The translations under genes were made by a program, and so were the position numbers. This document shows positions 15,875-24,997 of a stretch of DNA of 27,440 nucleotides, in pieces; position 1 is the stretch's first letter; each line of letters starts with the position of its first letter. Where the stretch lies: positions 1 through 27,440 of the IMG/VR virus record IMGVR_UViG_3300033067_002280; one strand, given 5' to 3'. The notes beneath the pieces are model-generated. The model did not search any database, was not told where the DNA came from, and saw only the letters and a program-made list of their open reading frames with translations. This DNA comes from a virus. Its lineage: Duplodnaviria > Caudoviricetes.

Positions 15875-17164
15875 TCACATGATGCGATGCGGGGCCTCGC
15901 GCATGCCGCTGTCGAGGTCGAGCGCGTCGATTTGCATACCAGCGCCGAGCATCAACTCGGTGATGGCCCACACGAGCGCGTCCATGCGGTCGGGCGACTT
16001 CGTGCTGATGCCCGGCACCCAAGTGCACATCTGCGACTCCAGCTTGGCGTGCATGCCGACGTGATGAATGCGTCCCTGCTCGTAGAGCGCGCTCACGGGC
16101 TCGGCACGCACGGCCTTGCCGCGCGAGGCGTGGACTTTCTTGTAGCTCACGTTGCGGTCGACGGCGCGGATGGTCACCTCGACCAAGTCGCCGCCGTTGT
16201 TCGCCTCGGCCACGATGCGGTCGGCCTTGTGCTTGTGGTACGCCTTCACCGCTTTGCGTGCCCATCCATCAGGCGAGAGCAGCTCGCTGATGTCCTCGAT
16301 GATGTAGCCGTGCCCGTCGTCGCCGAGCCCGGCGATGACCATACCGCACTCGTCGCTGTCTTCGTTGCTCGTCGTGCTCGGGTCGATGGCCACGACAACG
16401 CGCCGCATGTACGGCGCGACCTTCACGCGGTGCTCGTCGATGAGCGACTGCTTCCACAGCGCGCCGATGGTGTCGTCGAGAATCTCGGCGTGCAGCTCCT
16501 GCTGGCCTAGGCGCGTGCCTTCGTACTTGGCGACGATGCGCTTGAGGAAGTCCTCGGCGAGGTTGCCTTTGTTGTCGTACGTCGAGCCGCGCGTGACGTG
16601 CGTCGACTCGTCGGCCACGAGGTCGCGGATGATTTGCGTCGGGCGCGGCGTCGTCGACACGATGACGCGCGGGCGCTTGCCCAAGCGAAGGCCGAAGCGA
16701 AGGTTGTCCCACGCTTCGAGGTGCTTGAACGACGCCAGCTCGTCGGCCCACGCCGTGTCGAACTGCGGGCCGCGCAACTGGTCGGGCTCGTCGGCTGTGA
16801 ACGTCGTGGCGATGCTTCCGTCGGGCCACGTGAGCCTGCGCTTCGATGGTTCGTAGATGGGCTTGTTCCACGGCGGACACACGGCGAGCAGCCCGCTCTC
16901 GCCTTCAATCATGACGTCACGCACCTCGCTGCTCGTGCGACCGAGCAATGCGATGCGCCGCGCCTTGCCGCGCTCGACGCGCGAGCGTATCCACTCCGCC
17001 GCCGTGCGCGTCTTGCCGAAGCCTCGACCCGCGAGCAGCAGCCACGTGTTCCATTTGCCTGCCGGTTCGAGCTGGTTCGGGCGTGCGTACGTCGTCGCCC
17101 AGTCGTAGAGCAACTCGGCGTTGACGTCCGCGCGCATGCGCTCCGCTGTGCTACTCGTCGTCAT
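15875..17164 (-). CDS. terL: Terminase large subunit
   Basis: Walker A GRGFGKT, Walker B AWADE, coupling motif STTP, and nuclease residues IDP..D and PDRMDAL. Confidence 0.96.
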   Translation of the reverse strand: MTTSSTAERMRADVNAELLYDWATTYARPNQLEPAGKWNTWLLLAGRGFGKTRTAAEWIRSRVERGKARRIALLGRTSSEVRDVMIEGESGLLAVCPPWNKPIYEPSKRRLTWPDGSIATTFTADEPDQLRGPQFDTAWADELASFKHLEAWDNLRFGLRLGKRPRVIVSTTPRPTQIIRDLVADESTHVTRGSTYDNKGNLAEDFLKRIVAKYEGTRLGQQELHAEILDDTIGALWKQSLIDEHRVKVAPYMRRVVVAIDPSTTSNEDSDECGMVIAGLGDDGHGYIIEDISELLSPDGWARKAVKAYHKHKADRIVAEANNGGDLVEVTIRAVDRNVSYKKVHASRGKAVRAEPVSALYEQGRIHHVGMHAKLESQMCTWVPGISTKSPDRMDALVWAITELMLGAGMQIDALDLDSGMREAPHRIM

Positions 17165-17696
17165 CGTCTTCGACGCGCATCTTGTCGCGCAGCTTCATGA
17201 GCAGCGCTTGCTCTTCAGGCGTGAGCTTGCTCGGGTCCACCTTCGCGCCGCGCACCACGAGCGGTTTGTTCTCGTCGCCAGTCAGCTCCAGCGAGTCCTT
17301 GCGCGCCCACTTCTTGGGATTCTTCCGTTCGAGCCGCCACGCCGCCGCCTGCCAGTGCTTGCGCGCGTGGTTCGCCATGTGGAGCACGTCGCGCGACTCC
17401 GCCTCCGCCGCCGCGTGCTCTACTGCGTCAGCTAGGGCCTTGAACGGCTCCTCGCCTTTGCCGCCGCGCAGCAGCCACTTGTAGAACGTGTCCTTGCTGA
17501 TTCCGCACGCGCGCGCGGCTACCTCGGCGTAGTTGCCGACCTTGATGAGCGTGACGAGCTTGCGTTGCAGTTCGGGCGTGAGCAGCGTCTCTCCCGCCGC
17601 CTTGTTCGGGTTCTTCTTCTCCGGCTTCTGGTGGTTGCCGCTCGGCTTCGAGCGCTTGTACCGCGCGCCGTCGGTGGGTCCGTTTCTCTTCGCCAT
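17151..17696 (-). CDS. terS: Terminase small subunit (181 aa; start 17696)
   Basis: HTH GNYAEVAARACGISKDTFYKW and WQAAAWRLER motif. Overlaps the TerL start. Confidence 0.8.
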   Translation of the reverse strand: MAKRNGPTDGARYKRSKPSGNHQKPEKKNPNKAAGETLLTPELQRKLVTLIKVGNYAEVAARACGISKDTFYKWLLRGGKGEEPFKALADAVEHAAAEAESRDVLHMANHARKHWQAAAWRLERKNPKKWARKDSLELTGDENKPLVVRGAKVDPSKLTPEEQALLMKLRDKMRVEDDDDE

Positions 17697-17750
17697 GGGT
17701 GAGGGTGCTCCTCTCCCCAGTGTGCCGCGCGCGCGGCGCGCGGTCAACCG

Positions 17751-18872
17751 CTAGCCGAGCCACTGCTCGCGGATGGCGAGCGCAATGCGCTGCATGAGGA
17801 ACGGAGGCACGCTCATCCCGCACACGTAGTGCGGGTGCTCGTCGCCGAAGTCGTAGTCCTCGGGGAATGAGCTTACCCTGATGACCTCCGCCCTGTTGAG
17901 CAGCCTGCGATGCGCCCAGTGCCAGATGGATGGGCACGCTTGCAGCGTGTGCGCCGGGCGGAACGGGCTCGCCTTGCGCATGAAGCCGAACGTCTGCCCC
18001 GTGCGCATCACCTTCGTGGTGCCGCCGGGCTCGGCGAGACCCCGGCGCGGGTTGCTCGTCGCGTGCTTGCCGACCTCCGCGCCGTTCCACTTCTTCTTGC
18101 GCTCGGGGTGGCCGGGCGTCTCGATGCGGTCCTCCGGAAGGTTTGCGAACGCCTTCTTCAGCGGGATGCGCTCCTCCTCCATCACGAGCTTGAGCGGAGG
18201 GAGCCCGAGGTCCTTCCTTCGCGCGACGAACACCACGCGCTCGCGCACCTGCGGCACGCCCGCGCGGCTCGCGTCGACGAGGAAGAGCTGCGGCTCGTAG
18301 CCCAGCCGCCTGAACGTCTCCATCACCTCGCGCACGTAACCCTTGGCGTTGCCGGCGAGCATGCCCTTGACGTTCTCGGCGACGACGACCTTCGGCCGCA
18401 GCTTCGCGGCCACCTTGAGGAACTGGCCGAAGAGGTCGTCGAGCACCTGCACCGCCTGCCCCTCGCGGAACTTCGACGCCGTGCCCCACTTCTTCTCGCG
18501 CGCGCCGGCCATCGAGAACGAGCTGCACGGCGGCGAGCCGTCGAGCACGTCCAGCTCGAACAGCTCCTTCGGCAGGAGCTTGTCGTCCGTGCCGGCGAAC
18601 TCCTCGACGCCCATGAGGTACTCGTGCTCGGGCGCGTGGTTGCGCACGTAGAGCGCGCTCATGCGCTTGTCTATCTCGACGCCGCCGAGCACGCGGCAGC
18701 CGGCGAGCTTGTAGCCCATCGTCGAGCCTCCGCCGCAGTGGAAGCAGGAGAACACCGTCGGGCCCTTCAGCGGCGGGTAGTCTTCCTTGGTCCACTGGCC
18801 CGTGCGCTTCCTCGGAAGTGCGCCGCGAGCCGCGCCTCCAACCTTAGCGGCTGCTTTGTCTCGTGCTCCCAT
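17751..18872 (-). CDS. DNA (cytosine-5) methyltransferase
   Basis: Motif I variant FHCGGG, catalytic GSPPC, ENVKG, PQVRERV, and motif X variant GMSVPP. Confidence 0.93.
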   Translation of the reverse strand: MGARDKAAAKVGGAARGALPRKRTGQWTKEDYPPLKGPTVFSCFHCGGGSTMGYKLAGCRVLGGVEIDKRMSALYVRNHAPEHEYLMGVEEFAGTDDKLLPKELFELDVLDGSPPCSSFSMAGAREKKWGTASKFREGQAVQVLDDLFGQFLKVAAKLRPKVVVAENVKGMLAGNAKGYVREVMETFRRLGYEPQLFLVDASRAGVPQVRERVVFVARRKDLGLPPLKLVMEEERIPLKKAFANLPEDRIETPGHPERKKKWNGAEVGKHATSNPRRGLAEPGGTTKVMRTGQTFGFMRKASPFRPAHTLQACPSIWHWAHRRLLNRAEVIRVSSFPEDYDFGDEHPHYVCGMSVPPFLMQRIALAIREQWLG

Positions 18873-19261
18873 ACGGTCAGAGTCTCCCAGCCGAGCGCTC
18901 TAAGCTCGGCGTCCTTGCGGGCGTCGCGCGCCCTGTTGTTGATGAACTTCGCGCGCCACGCGGCGGCGTTAGGTCCCTTGCACTTCCTCTCGCCGCAGCG
19001 AGGGCACGAGTGCCAGAAGCACCCGTGTACGAACACCGCCGTGCGCCCGACGATGAAGTCCGGCGTGCCCGGCAGCTTCCTGCGCACGGTCGAGAGCCCG
19101 AGCTTGCGCAGCACCCGGCCCACCACCTGCTCAGGCTTCGTGCCGCTCGTGCGCTGCCTGCGCATGCGCGCCGAGTGCTCAGTCGAAACGAAACGAGCAG
19201 CGGGGGCACTCGTGCTTCCCCTCGCCGAGGTCCTCTTCAGTGATTTCCTTCGCGCCTTCAT
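18767..19261 (-). CDS. vsr: Very-short-patch repair (Vsr) endonuclease; true start uncertain (alternative ATG at 19165)
   Basis: TKPE, LPGTPDF, FVHGCFWH, W..KF..N..RD and GW..LTVWE motifs. Confidence 0.9.
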   Translation of the reverse strand: MKARRKSLKRTSARGSTSAPAARFVSTEHSARMRRQRTSGTKPEQVVGRVLRKLGLSTVRRKLPGTPDFIVGRTAVFVHGCFWHSCPRCGERKCKGPNAAAWRAKFINNRARDARKDAELRALGWETLTVWEHETKQPLRLEARLAAHFRGSARASGPRKTTRR

Positions 19262-19721
19262 CCTCCGTGCCTAGCACGGCCTCCGCCTCGTCGAGGAGGC
19301 CGAGTTCGCCGGCGCTGAAGCCCGCGAGTTCGAGGTTGAAGTCCTCAAGCTCGCTCGCGCCGCGCATGTCCTCGACGAGCGCGTCGAAGTCCCACCCGAA
19401 CTCGCTCACCTTGTTGTCGCCGACGCGCGCGGCGCGGACCTGCGCCTCGGTGAGGTGCGCCTGCACCACGACGGGCACCTTCTCCAGCCCGAGCTTCTGC
19501 GCGGCCATCCACCTGCCGTGCCCCTTGATGATGGTGCCCGTCCTGTCGACGACGATGGGCTGGTCGAAGCCCGTCTCCGCCATGAGGCGGGCGATGTGCA
19601 TCACCTGCTCCGGCGGGTGCTTCTTCGCGTTGAGCGCGTACGGCTTCACGTCGTACGTCTTCCACACCTCAATCTTGGTCGCCACCTTCACGCTCGCCGC
19701 GCCTATCGTCTTCTTCGCCAC
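19179..19721 (-). CDS. ParB/Srx-like N-terminal domain protein with a C-terminal CPxC motif
   Basis: YALNAKKH..QV, GFDQPIVVD, IIKGHGR, KVPV and DNK..E..WD motifs. Ends CPRCSFRF. Confidence 0.88.
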   Translation of the reverse strand: MAKKTIGAASVKVATKIEVWKTYDVKPYALNAKKHPPEQVMHIARLMAETGFDQPIVVDRTGTIIKGHGRWMAAQKLGLEKVPVVVQAHLTEAQVRAARVGDNKVSEFGWDFDALVEDMRGASELEDFNLELAGFSAGELGLLDEAEAVLGTEDEGAKEITEEDLGEGKHECPRCSFRFD

Positions 19722-19831
19722 TTTCTCTCCCTGGTTGGTGGTGCGACGCTACCGAGAACGAGGCCGCGCGTCCAGGTGCGAAAAAGTCGGCGGCGGTGTC
19801 CGCCGCGAGGACGCCGGAGGCGCGGAGAGGT

Positions 19832-19945
19832 AGGTACGTGTGGGGGTGGGGTGTAGCCCTTAAGGAGAAAAGGAAGGGGAGTACAACTACTAATACTTTT
19901 CTTTCTCCCTTATGGCGGACACCCCACCCCACCACCTACGTACCT
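19832..19945. repeat. ~114-bp imperfect inverted repeat in the divergent intergenic region
   Basis: AGGTACGT/ACGTACCT, GGGGTGGGGTGT/ACACCCCACCCC, TAAGG/CCTTA, GGAGAAA/TTTCTCC and AGTA/TACT surround an AT-rich centre. Confidence 0.9.
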
Positions 19946-19984
19946 GTGTCGACCTCGCACGCTCGCGTCAGCTTCGCAGCGAGC

Positions 19985-19990
19985 TTGACA
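19985..19990 (+). promoter_or_regulatory. Possible -35 element of the rightward (replication arm) promoter
   Basis: Perfect TTGACA ~110 nt upstream of the primase ATG, but no convincing -10 at 16-18 nt spacing. Confidence 0.25.
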
Positions 19991-20101
19991 CGAAATCACT
20001 CCCGTGCATCGCGTTGCGACGCGGCGCGCGCACAAAAACGACTCAGGTCCATGTATGAGTGTTGCCTTTCGCTACGACCGCCTGTAAAGGTTTCCGCGGC
20101 T

Positions 20102-22753
20102 ATGCGACAACTACGAGTTTCCTTCTACAAGAAGACCTCAGCGAAGAAGTGCGTCCCGCACGTGCTCACGTGGCCGGGCGACGGGCCCGCCGCGCTGACC
20201 GAGCCGGCGCGCACGACCGAGGACCGCGAGTCGGTCCCGCTCATCATGGCCGGCACCAACGACGGCGAGCGCGGCGACGCGCACGTGGTCACGCGCTCCA
20301 TGGTGGTGATGGACGTGGACTGCAAGCCGGAGAAGGACGAGAGCGAGCAGGCGTGGCGCTCGCGCTCCGGCAAGCTGCGCGCGGACTTCATGCGCGCGCT
20401 GGAGTTCCTCTCCGGCCCCGAGGGCTTCGACCACGCCTGGCACACCACGCACTCGCACACGGACTCGGACCGCCTCGGGTGGCGCGTCTGGATTCCTCTT
20501 TCCGTCGACGTGCCCGCCGCGCAGTTCGCCCGCTGGCGCGACGCCAACCACGCGATGAACGCCAAGGTGTTCAACCTGGTCTGCGACACGACCGCCTACA
20601 ACCCCGAGCGCCTGATGCGCCTCCCCGCGCTCCACCCCGCGCGCGCTGAGGTATACAAGTCCGGCGCGCGCGTCGGCGACAAGCTGCTGACGTTCGAGGA
20701 GCTGGTCGAGTGGTACAAGGCGCTCCCGCCCGAGCAACGCAACAAGACGCGCGGCCAGGCGGCGCGCGACGTGCCTCGCATCTACTCGCCGGCCATCGGC
20801 GAGTTCGCGCTGCCGGCGGCGCTCGTGAGCAAGATGCGCATGCAGTGCGCGCAGGTGGCGCAGGGCAACCAGCGCCTGAAGGCCGACACGCGCGCTGCGC
20901 TGGAGTCGGTCGCCAACGGCGAGTCGCTCAAGCAGGGCATGCGAGACAACGGCCTCATCGGGCTCGTGGGCTTCTTCGCGCACCGGTTCCTGGAGCATGA
21001 GACGCGCCCGCTGCTCGACTCGCTGCTCCTCCCGGTGCTGGAGAAGACGCACGCCGATGCGCCCGACGACCCCGTCAAGCCCAACATGCCGGACCCGCGC
21101 GAGCTGTGCGACTGGGCCATCCAGCAAGTGGAGGGCCGCCGGCAGGACGCGAGCAATCCGCTCGGCCACATGAACGTGACTGACGTCGAGGCCGGGTACA
21201 TCCGCGACTGGACGCAAGGCCAACGCTCGGGCGGCATGAGCGAGCAAGAGTTCCGCATCATCGCCCAGCAGAACAACGTCGACGTCGAGACGATGAAGCG
21301 CCGCCTGTTCGTGGTCTTCGGGCGCGACACCTACGTGTGGCAGGTCAACGGCTACGGCCCGCGCACCGTCCACATGCGCGAGCTGACGCTGCCCTTCGCC
21401 CAAGCGGTGCTCGCGGGCGTTGGCGTCAGCCGCCGGTATCTCGACGAGGCGAAGGCGGAGTTCAAGACGCTGAGCCTCCAGGACATCATCGCCCGCCACA
21501 GCGTCAACGCCGCCGCCGTGCGCGCCTCATACAGAGAGGAGCGCTCGCGCTTCGACGAGAAGACCAGCACCTTCGTCGAGGCCATGGGCCTGCGCGCGAA
21601 GCTGGAGCCCACGCGCTACGACGAGATACACGAGTGGCTGCTCACGCTCGGCGGCGAGAAGCTCGTCGACTGGGTGAGCTACGTGCCCGACCTCACGCGC
21701 GCGCTCTCCATCCTCATGCTCATCATGCCGCGCAACTCGGGCAAGAACCTGCTCGCGCACGGCCTCGCGCGCCTATGGAAGCGCGGCACGCCGGTCGACG
21801 CGGGCGAGGCCATGAGCGACCGCTTCAACGGCGGCCTCGCCGAGACGCCATTCATCTTCGCCGACGAGGAGCTGCCGCGCATGCGCGGCAAGTCGCTCGG
21901 CGCGGAACTCCGGCGCATCGTCTCCAACCCCGACATCACCATCGAGCGCAAGTTCATGCCGGCGGTCAAATGCGAGGGCTACCTCCGCATGCTCGTAGCA
22001 GCCAACGGCGACGCGCCGCTGCGCGGCTTCGCGAGCAACGGCCAGCCCACCGACGCTGACCTCGCTGCCATCGCCGAGCGCCTGCTCACCATCGAGTGCG
22101 ACAAGAAGGCCGCCGACTACCTGCTAAAATTCGGGCGCGAGGAGGTCGACTCCTGGCGCAGCGAGGACAAGGTGGCCAAGCACGCGCTCTGGCTCGCCGC
22201 CAACTGGAAGGTGAAGGACCAGGGCCGACGCTTCGTCGTCGAGGGCAACAGCGAGAAGGCGCTCTACAAGCTGGTGGCCGGCGACGAGCTGACCAGCCAG
22301 GTGCTCGACTGGTTCATCAGCTACGGCCTGCACCCGAACAAGAAGACCACGAGCAACGTGCGCAGCGGATTCTTCGCGCGCGACGGCGAGTTGTACGTAT
22401 CACTCGGCGTCATCGTCGGCACCTGGTCGGACTTTCGCCCGGCCTACCGCATGGCCAGCACCGAGCCCTTCGTCAACGCGCTGGAGAGCGTGTGCCACCC
22501 GGGCCGCGTGAGCGTGCGCCGCAACAACGAGGTGCGCCAATACTGGCGCGTCAAGTTCGACTACCTGGAGTTCTACGCCAAGCGCCTCGGGCACGGCAGC
22601 GAGAGCGTGCGCCGCGCCATCATGGAGCGCGAGGACGACAGCGCCCAGTTCGTCGCCGACGACGAGCCCGGCGAGGTCATTAGCATCATGACGCCGCCCA
22701 AGCGCGAGCCCGCACAACCACGCCAACGCATCGCATCGACCGAGGAAATCTAG
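20102..22753 (+). CDS. Primase(-polymerase)-helicase fusion (AEP-like N-domain plus DUF5906/SF3-like helicase; 883 aa; start corrected from 19796)
   Basis: N-terminal VMDVD, HTTHSH..WRVWIPL and D....PERLMRLP. C-terminal PRNSGKN, FNGGL..FIFADE, IERKF and LVAAN. Confidence 0.82.
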   Translation: MRQLRVSFYKKTSAKKCVPHVLTWPGDGPAALTEPARTTEDRESVPLIMAGTNDGERGDAHVVTRSMVVMDVDCKPEKDESEQAWRSRSGKLRADFMRALEFLSGPEGFDHAWHTTHSHTDSDRLGWRVWIPLSVDVPAAQFARWRDANHAMNAKVFNLVCDTTAYNPERLMRLPALHPARAEVYKSGARVGDKLLTFEELVEWYKALPPEQRNKTRGQAARDVPRIYSPAIGEFALPAALVSKMRMQCAQVAQGNQRLKADTRAALESVANGESLKQGMRDNGLIGLVGFFAHRFLEHETRPLLDSLLLPVLEKTHADAPDDPVKPNMPDPRELCDWAIQQVEGRRQDASNPLGHMNVTDVEAGYIRDWTQGQRSGGMSEQEFRIIAQQNNVDVETMKRRLFVVFGRDTYVWQVNGYGPRTVHMRELTLPFAQAVLAGVGVSRRYLDEAKAEFKTLSLQDIIARHSVNAAAVRASYREERSRFDEKTSTFVEAMGLRAKLEPTRYDEIHEWLLTLGGEKLVDWVSYVPDLTRALSILMLIMPRNSGKNLLAHGLARLWKRGTPVDAGEAMSDRFNGGLAETPFIFADEELPRMRGKSLGAELRRIVSNPDITIERKFMPAVKCEGYLRMLVAANGDAPLRGFASNGQPTDADLAAIAERLLTIECDKKAADYLLKFGREEVDSWRSEDKVAKHALWLAANWKVKDQGRRFVVEGNSEKALYKLVAGDELTSQVLDWFISYGLHPNKKTTSNVRSGFFARDGELYVSLGVIVGTWSDFRPAYRMASTEPFVNALESVCHPGRVSVRRNNEVRQYWRVKFDYLEFYAKRLGHGSESVRRAIMEREDDSAQFVADDEPGEVISIMTPPKREPAQPRQRIASTEEI

Positions 22754-22755
22754 CC

Positions 22756-23100
22756 ATGAACACCGCTTTGCTCCTTGCTACATCTGCGCTCGCAGGCTTC
22801 CTCGTAGGCTTCCTGCTCGCGCGCAACACCTGGCTCACCTTCGAAGGCCGCCAGGCCCGACGCGACCTGCGCACCGTCCTCAACCTGCGCTCCGAGCTGG
22901 AGCGGCATACGCAGCTCCTGCGTGCGGAGAAGAAGCGCTCCTCGCTCTTGCTGGGGCTGATGCGCACAACGCGCCGGCAACTGCGAGGACTGCACAGTGT
23001 CTCAAACGGTCGCGCGTTCATGGTTGCCGCTGAGAGCTGCGAGAAAGGCGACATTCTTCTTGTGAACATAAACGGCACGGTCGGACCGGTGAGCAAATGA
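22756..23100 (+). CDS. Hypothetical protein with an N-terminal hydrophobic (membrane) helix
   Basis: ALLLATSALAGFLVGFLLA is followed by a basic coiled-coil-like segment. Coupled to both neighbours. Confidence 0.65.
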   Translation: MNTALLLATSALAGFLVGFLLARNTWLTFEGRQARRDLRTVLNLRSELERHTQLLRAEKKRSSLLLGLMRTTRRQLRGLHSVSNGRAFMVAAESCEKGDILLVNINGTVGPVSK

Positions 23101-24602
23101 ACATGAAAGAGGTCGTCCGCTTGCTGCACGCAGGCGAGGTGCCGCCGAAGCCGCTCAACGGCAAGGGCGAGCGCTACAGCGCGAGCACCGTGAAGCAAAT
23201 CGACCCCGCGAGCGGCGGCTGCGAGCGCCGGCACTGGTTCGAGCAAGTGGTCGGCATCGAGCCGCCCGTCGGCCCCGCGCTGGGCATCGGCACCAAGGTC
23301 CACGGCCACATCGAGCGCGCGCTCAAGAAGGGCACGCCGCTCGACCCGAGCCCGAACGCTCCGATGGAGGAGCGCCTCGCCGCGCGCGGCCTGCCGCACC
23401 TGCCGCCGCACGGCACGCCCGGCATGCACGTCGAGCGCGGGTTCACGATGGGCACGTGGCCGGGCGGCCCCGAGTTCACCGGCACCATCGACCTCATGGT
23501 CGAGCCCGAGGGCTGGGCCGACGCCGAGGCGCATGTCCTCGACGAGCGCGTCGAGAGCGCCGAGCTGCTCGACCACAAGACCACCGGCAGCTACCAGAAG
23601 TACGCGGCCAAGGGCTGGGCGCTGAGCGAGCGCACGCCGGAGAACGAGAAGAGCAAGGCGCGCAAGTTCCTCGACGACGACATCCAGAACGTCGCCTACT
23701 CCGTGCGCATCCTCCGGTGGTTCGACGTGGAGTTCGTCAAGTCGGGGTGGGTCTACTACTCGAAGGACTTCTCGCCCATCGTCGTCGTGCGCGCCAAGAT
23801 GGAGCGCGGCCCGACCGTCGAGAAGTGGAAGGGGCGCATCATCCCGCTCGTCGAGAAGATGCAGCACCAGCACAAGCAACGCCCGTCGCTCGCGACGGTG
23901 GAAGCAAACGAGGAGGCGTGCGGCAACTATGGTGGTTGCCCGCATCGAGCCTACTGCGTCGATTACAAAGGAACAGGAGCACGAACAACAATGGGAAAGC
24001 TGAGTCAAAAATTGCTGGACGACGAGGGCGACGCACCGGTGGTGAAGTCGAAGAAGGAGACCAAGGAGGAGGCTCCGCCGCTCAACCCTCCGGCGAAGGG
24101 CGCGAGCCCGTTCGCGTCGATGGACGACAAGCCGTCGAAGAGCGCGAAGAAGGGCTCGCTCGCCGACTCGCTGGACGACGAACCGGCGGCGACCAAATCC
24201 TCGAAGACATCCGAGCCGGCCTCGAAATCCTCCGCAACGCCGACACCCGAGACTACCGGGTCGAAGAAGCCTACGTCCGAGAAGACGGCACCGTCGGGCG
24301 CGGGATTCGCCTTGTTTCTCGGGTGCGAGCCAGTCGAAAGTAAACGCCCGCGCGTCTACTTCGCGCGCATCATCGAGCCCATCACCGCGCGCGTCGCGGC
24401 GGCCCACAAGGTCGAGCACATCGGGCTCGTCAAGTACGACGGCGTCAACCACACCTGCGCGGCGCTCGCCGAGTGGCTGGAGGAGAACGGCGCCGAACTC
24501 GACGGCACCAACGTCGTCGTCGGTCGCTCCAGCTTCCACCAGGACGTCGCCGAGCGCGTCCTCTACACCAAGGCCATCGCGGTGGCGAAGGCGCTGTCAT
24601 GA
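23097..24602 (+). CDS. Cas4/RecB-like PD-(D/E)xK exonuclease with a ~200-aa C-terminal extension
   Basis: SAST..C.RRHW, GTKVH, VE, GTIDL, DHKT, Q..AY and CGNYGGCPHRAYC (1+3 Cys Fe-S pattern). Confidence 0.88.
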   Translation: MNMKEVVRLLHAGEVPPKPLNGKGERYSASTVKQIDPASGGCERRHWFEQVVGIEPPVGPALGIGTKVHGHIERALKKGTPLDPSPNAPMEERLAARGLPHLPPHGTPGMHVERGFTMGTWPGGPEFTGTIDLMVEPEGWADAEAHVLDERVESAELLDHKTTGSYQKYAAKGWALSERTPENEKSKARKFLDDDIQNVAYSVRILRWFDVEFVKSGWVYYSKDFSPIVVVRAKMERGPTVEKWKGRIIPLVEKMQHQHKQRPSLATVEANEEACGNYGGCPHRAYCVDYKGTGARTTMGKLSQKLLDDEGDAPVVKSKKETKEEAPPLNPPAKGASPFASMDDKPSKSAKKGSLADSLDDEPAATKSSKTSEPASKSSATPTPETTGSKKPTSEKTAPSGAGFALFLGCEPVESKRPRVYFARIIEPITARVAAAHKVEHIGLVKYDGVNHTCAALAEWLEENGAELDGTNVVVGRSSFHQDVAERVLYTKAIAVAKALS

Positions 24603-24997
24603 GCAACGGACCCAAGATTGTGAAGCCAGCCAAAGAGATGACGCGCATCGAGGAGCTGGTGCTCCAGCTCACCAACAAGCACGCGCAGCAACGCGCGGTC
24701 GGCGAGTGGCAGGCGCTCATCGAGATTGCGAAGATGGACGGCACCACGGTGCAGGAAGCCTTCGCCACGGTGCGCGACATCGTCGCTCTCCGCCAGGTGC
24801 TCGCGCTCGAAGCCATCGCCGGGGAGCTGCACGGCATCAACCAGGGCGTGATGAACTTCGTGCTCATGACGGAGATGGCGCAGAATCCGAACGCCGAAGA
24901 TGACGCCGCACCCGAGTCGACCGACAGCGACGCCGCAGCCGAGGCAGCCGTCGCTGAGACGAAAGAGGACGCGCGCGGCGCGCAGGTGGAGCCGTGA
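24599..24997 (+). CDS. Hypothetical helical protein with an acidic tail (132 aa; start 24599)
   Basis: ATGA overlap with the nuclease stop. Begins MSNGPKIVKP. Confidence 0.7.
   Translation: MSNGPKIVKPAKEMTRIEELVLQLTNKHAQQRAVGEWQALIEIAKMDGTTVQEAFATVRDIVALRQVLALEAIAGELHGINQGVMNFVLMTEMAQNPNAEDDAAPESTDSDAAAEAAVAETKEDARGAQVEP

Noticed and set aside
19796-20101. 102-codon N-terminal extension of the primase ORF (985 aa in the track)
   Set aside because: It runs through the palindrome and likely promoter region with atypical composition. Primase-like sequence starts at ATG 20102.
23097-23990. CRISPR-Cas system suggested by the Cas4-like gene
   Set aside because: No repeat-spacer array or other cas genes were seen. 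Solo Cas4-like nucleases are common in phage replication modules.
22686-24539. Long antisense and alternative-frame ORFs (this one, 4386-5849, 17910-19274, 20138-21499, 26070-27362 and others)
   Set aside because: These are shadow ORFs expected in high-GC DNA. They have no motifs and overlap well-supported genes.
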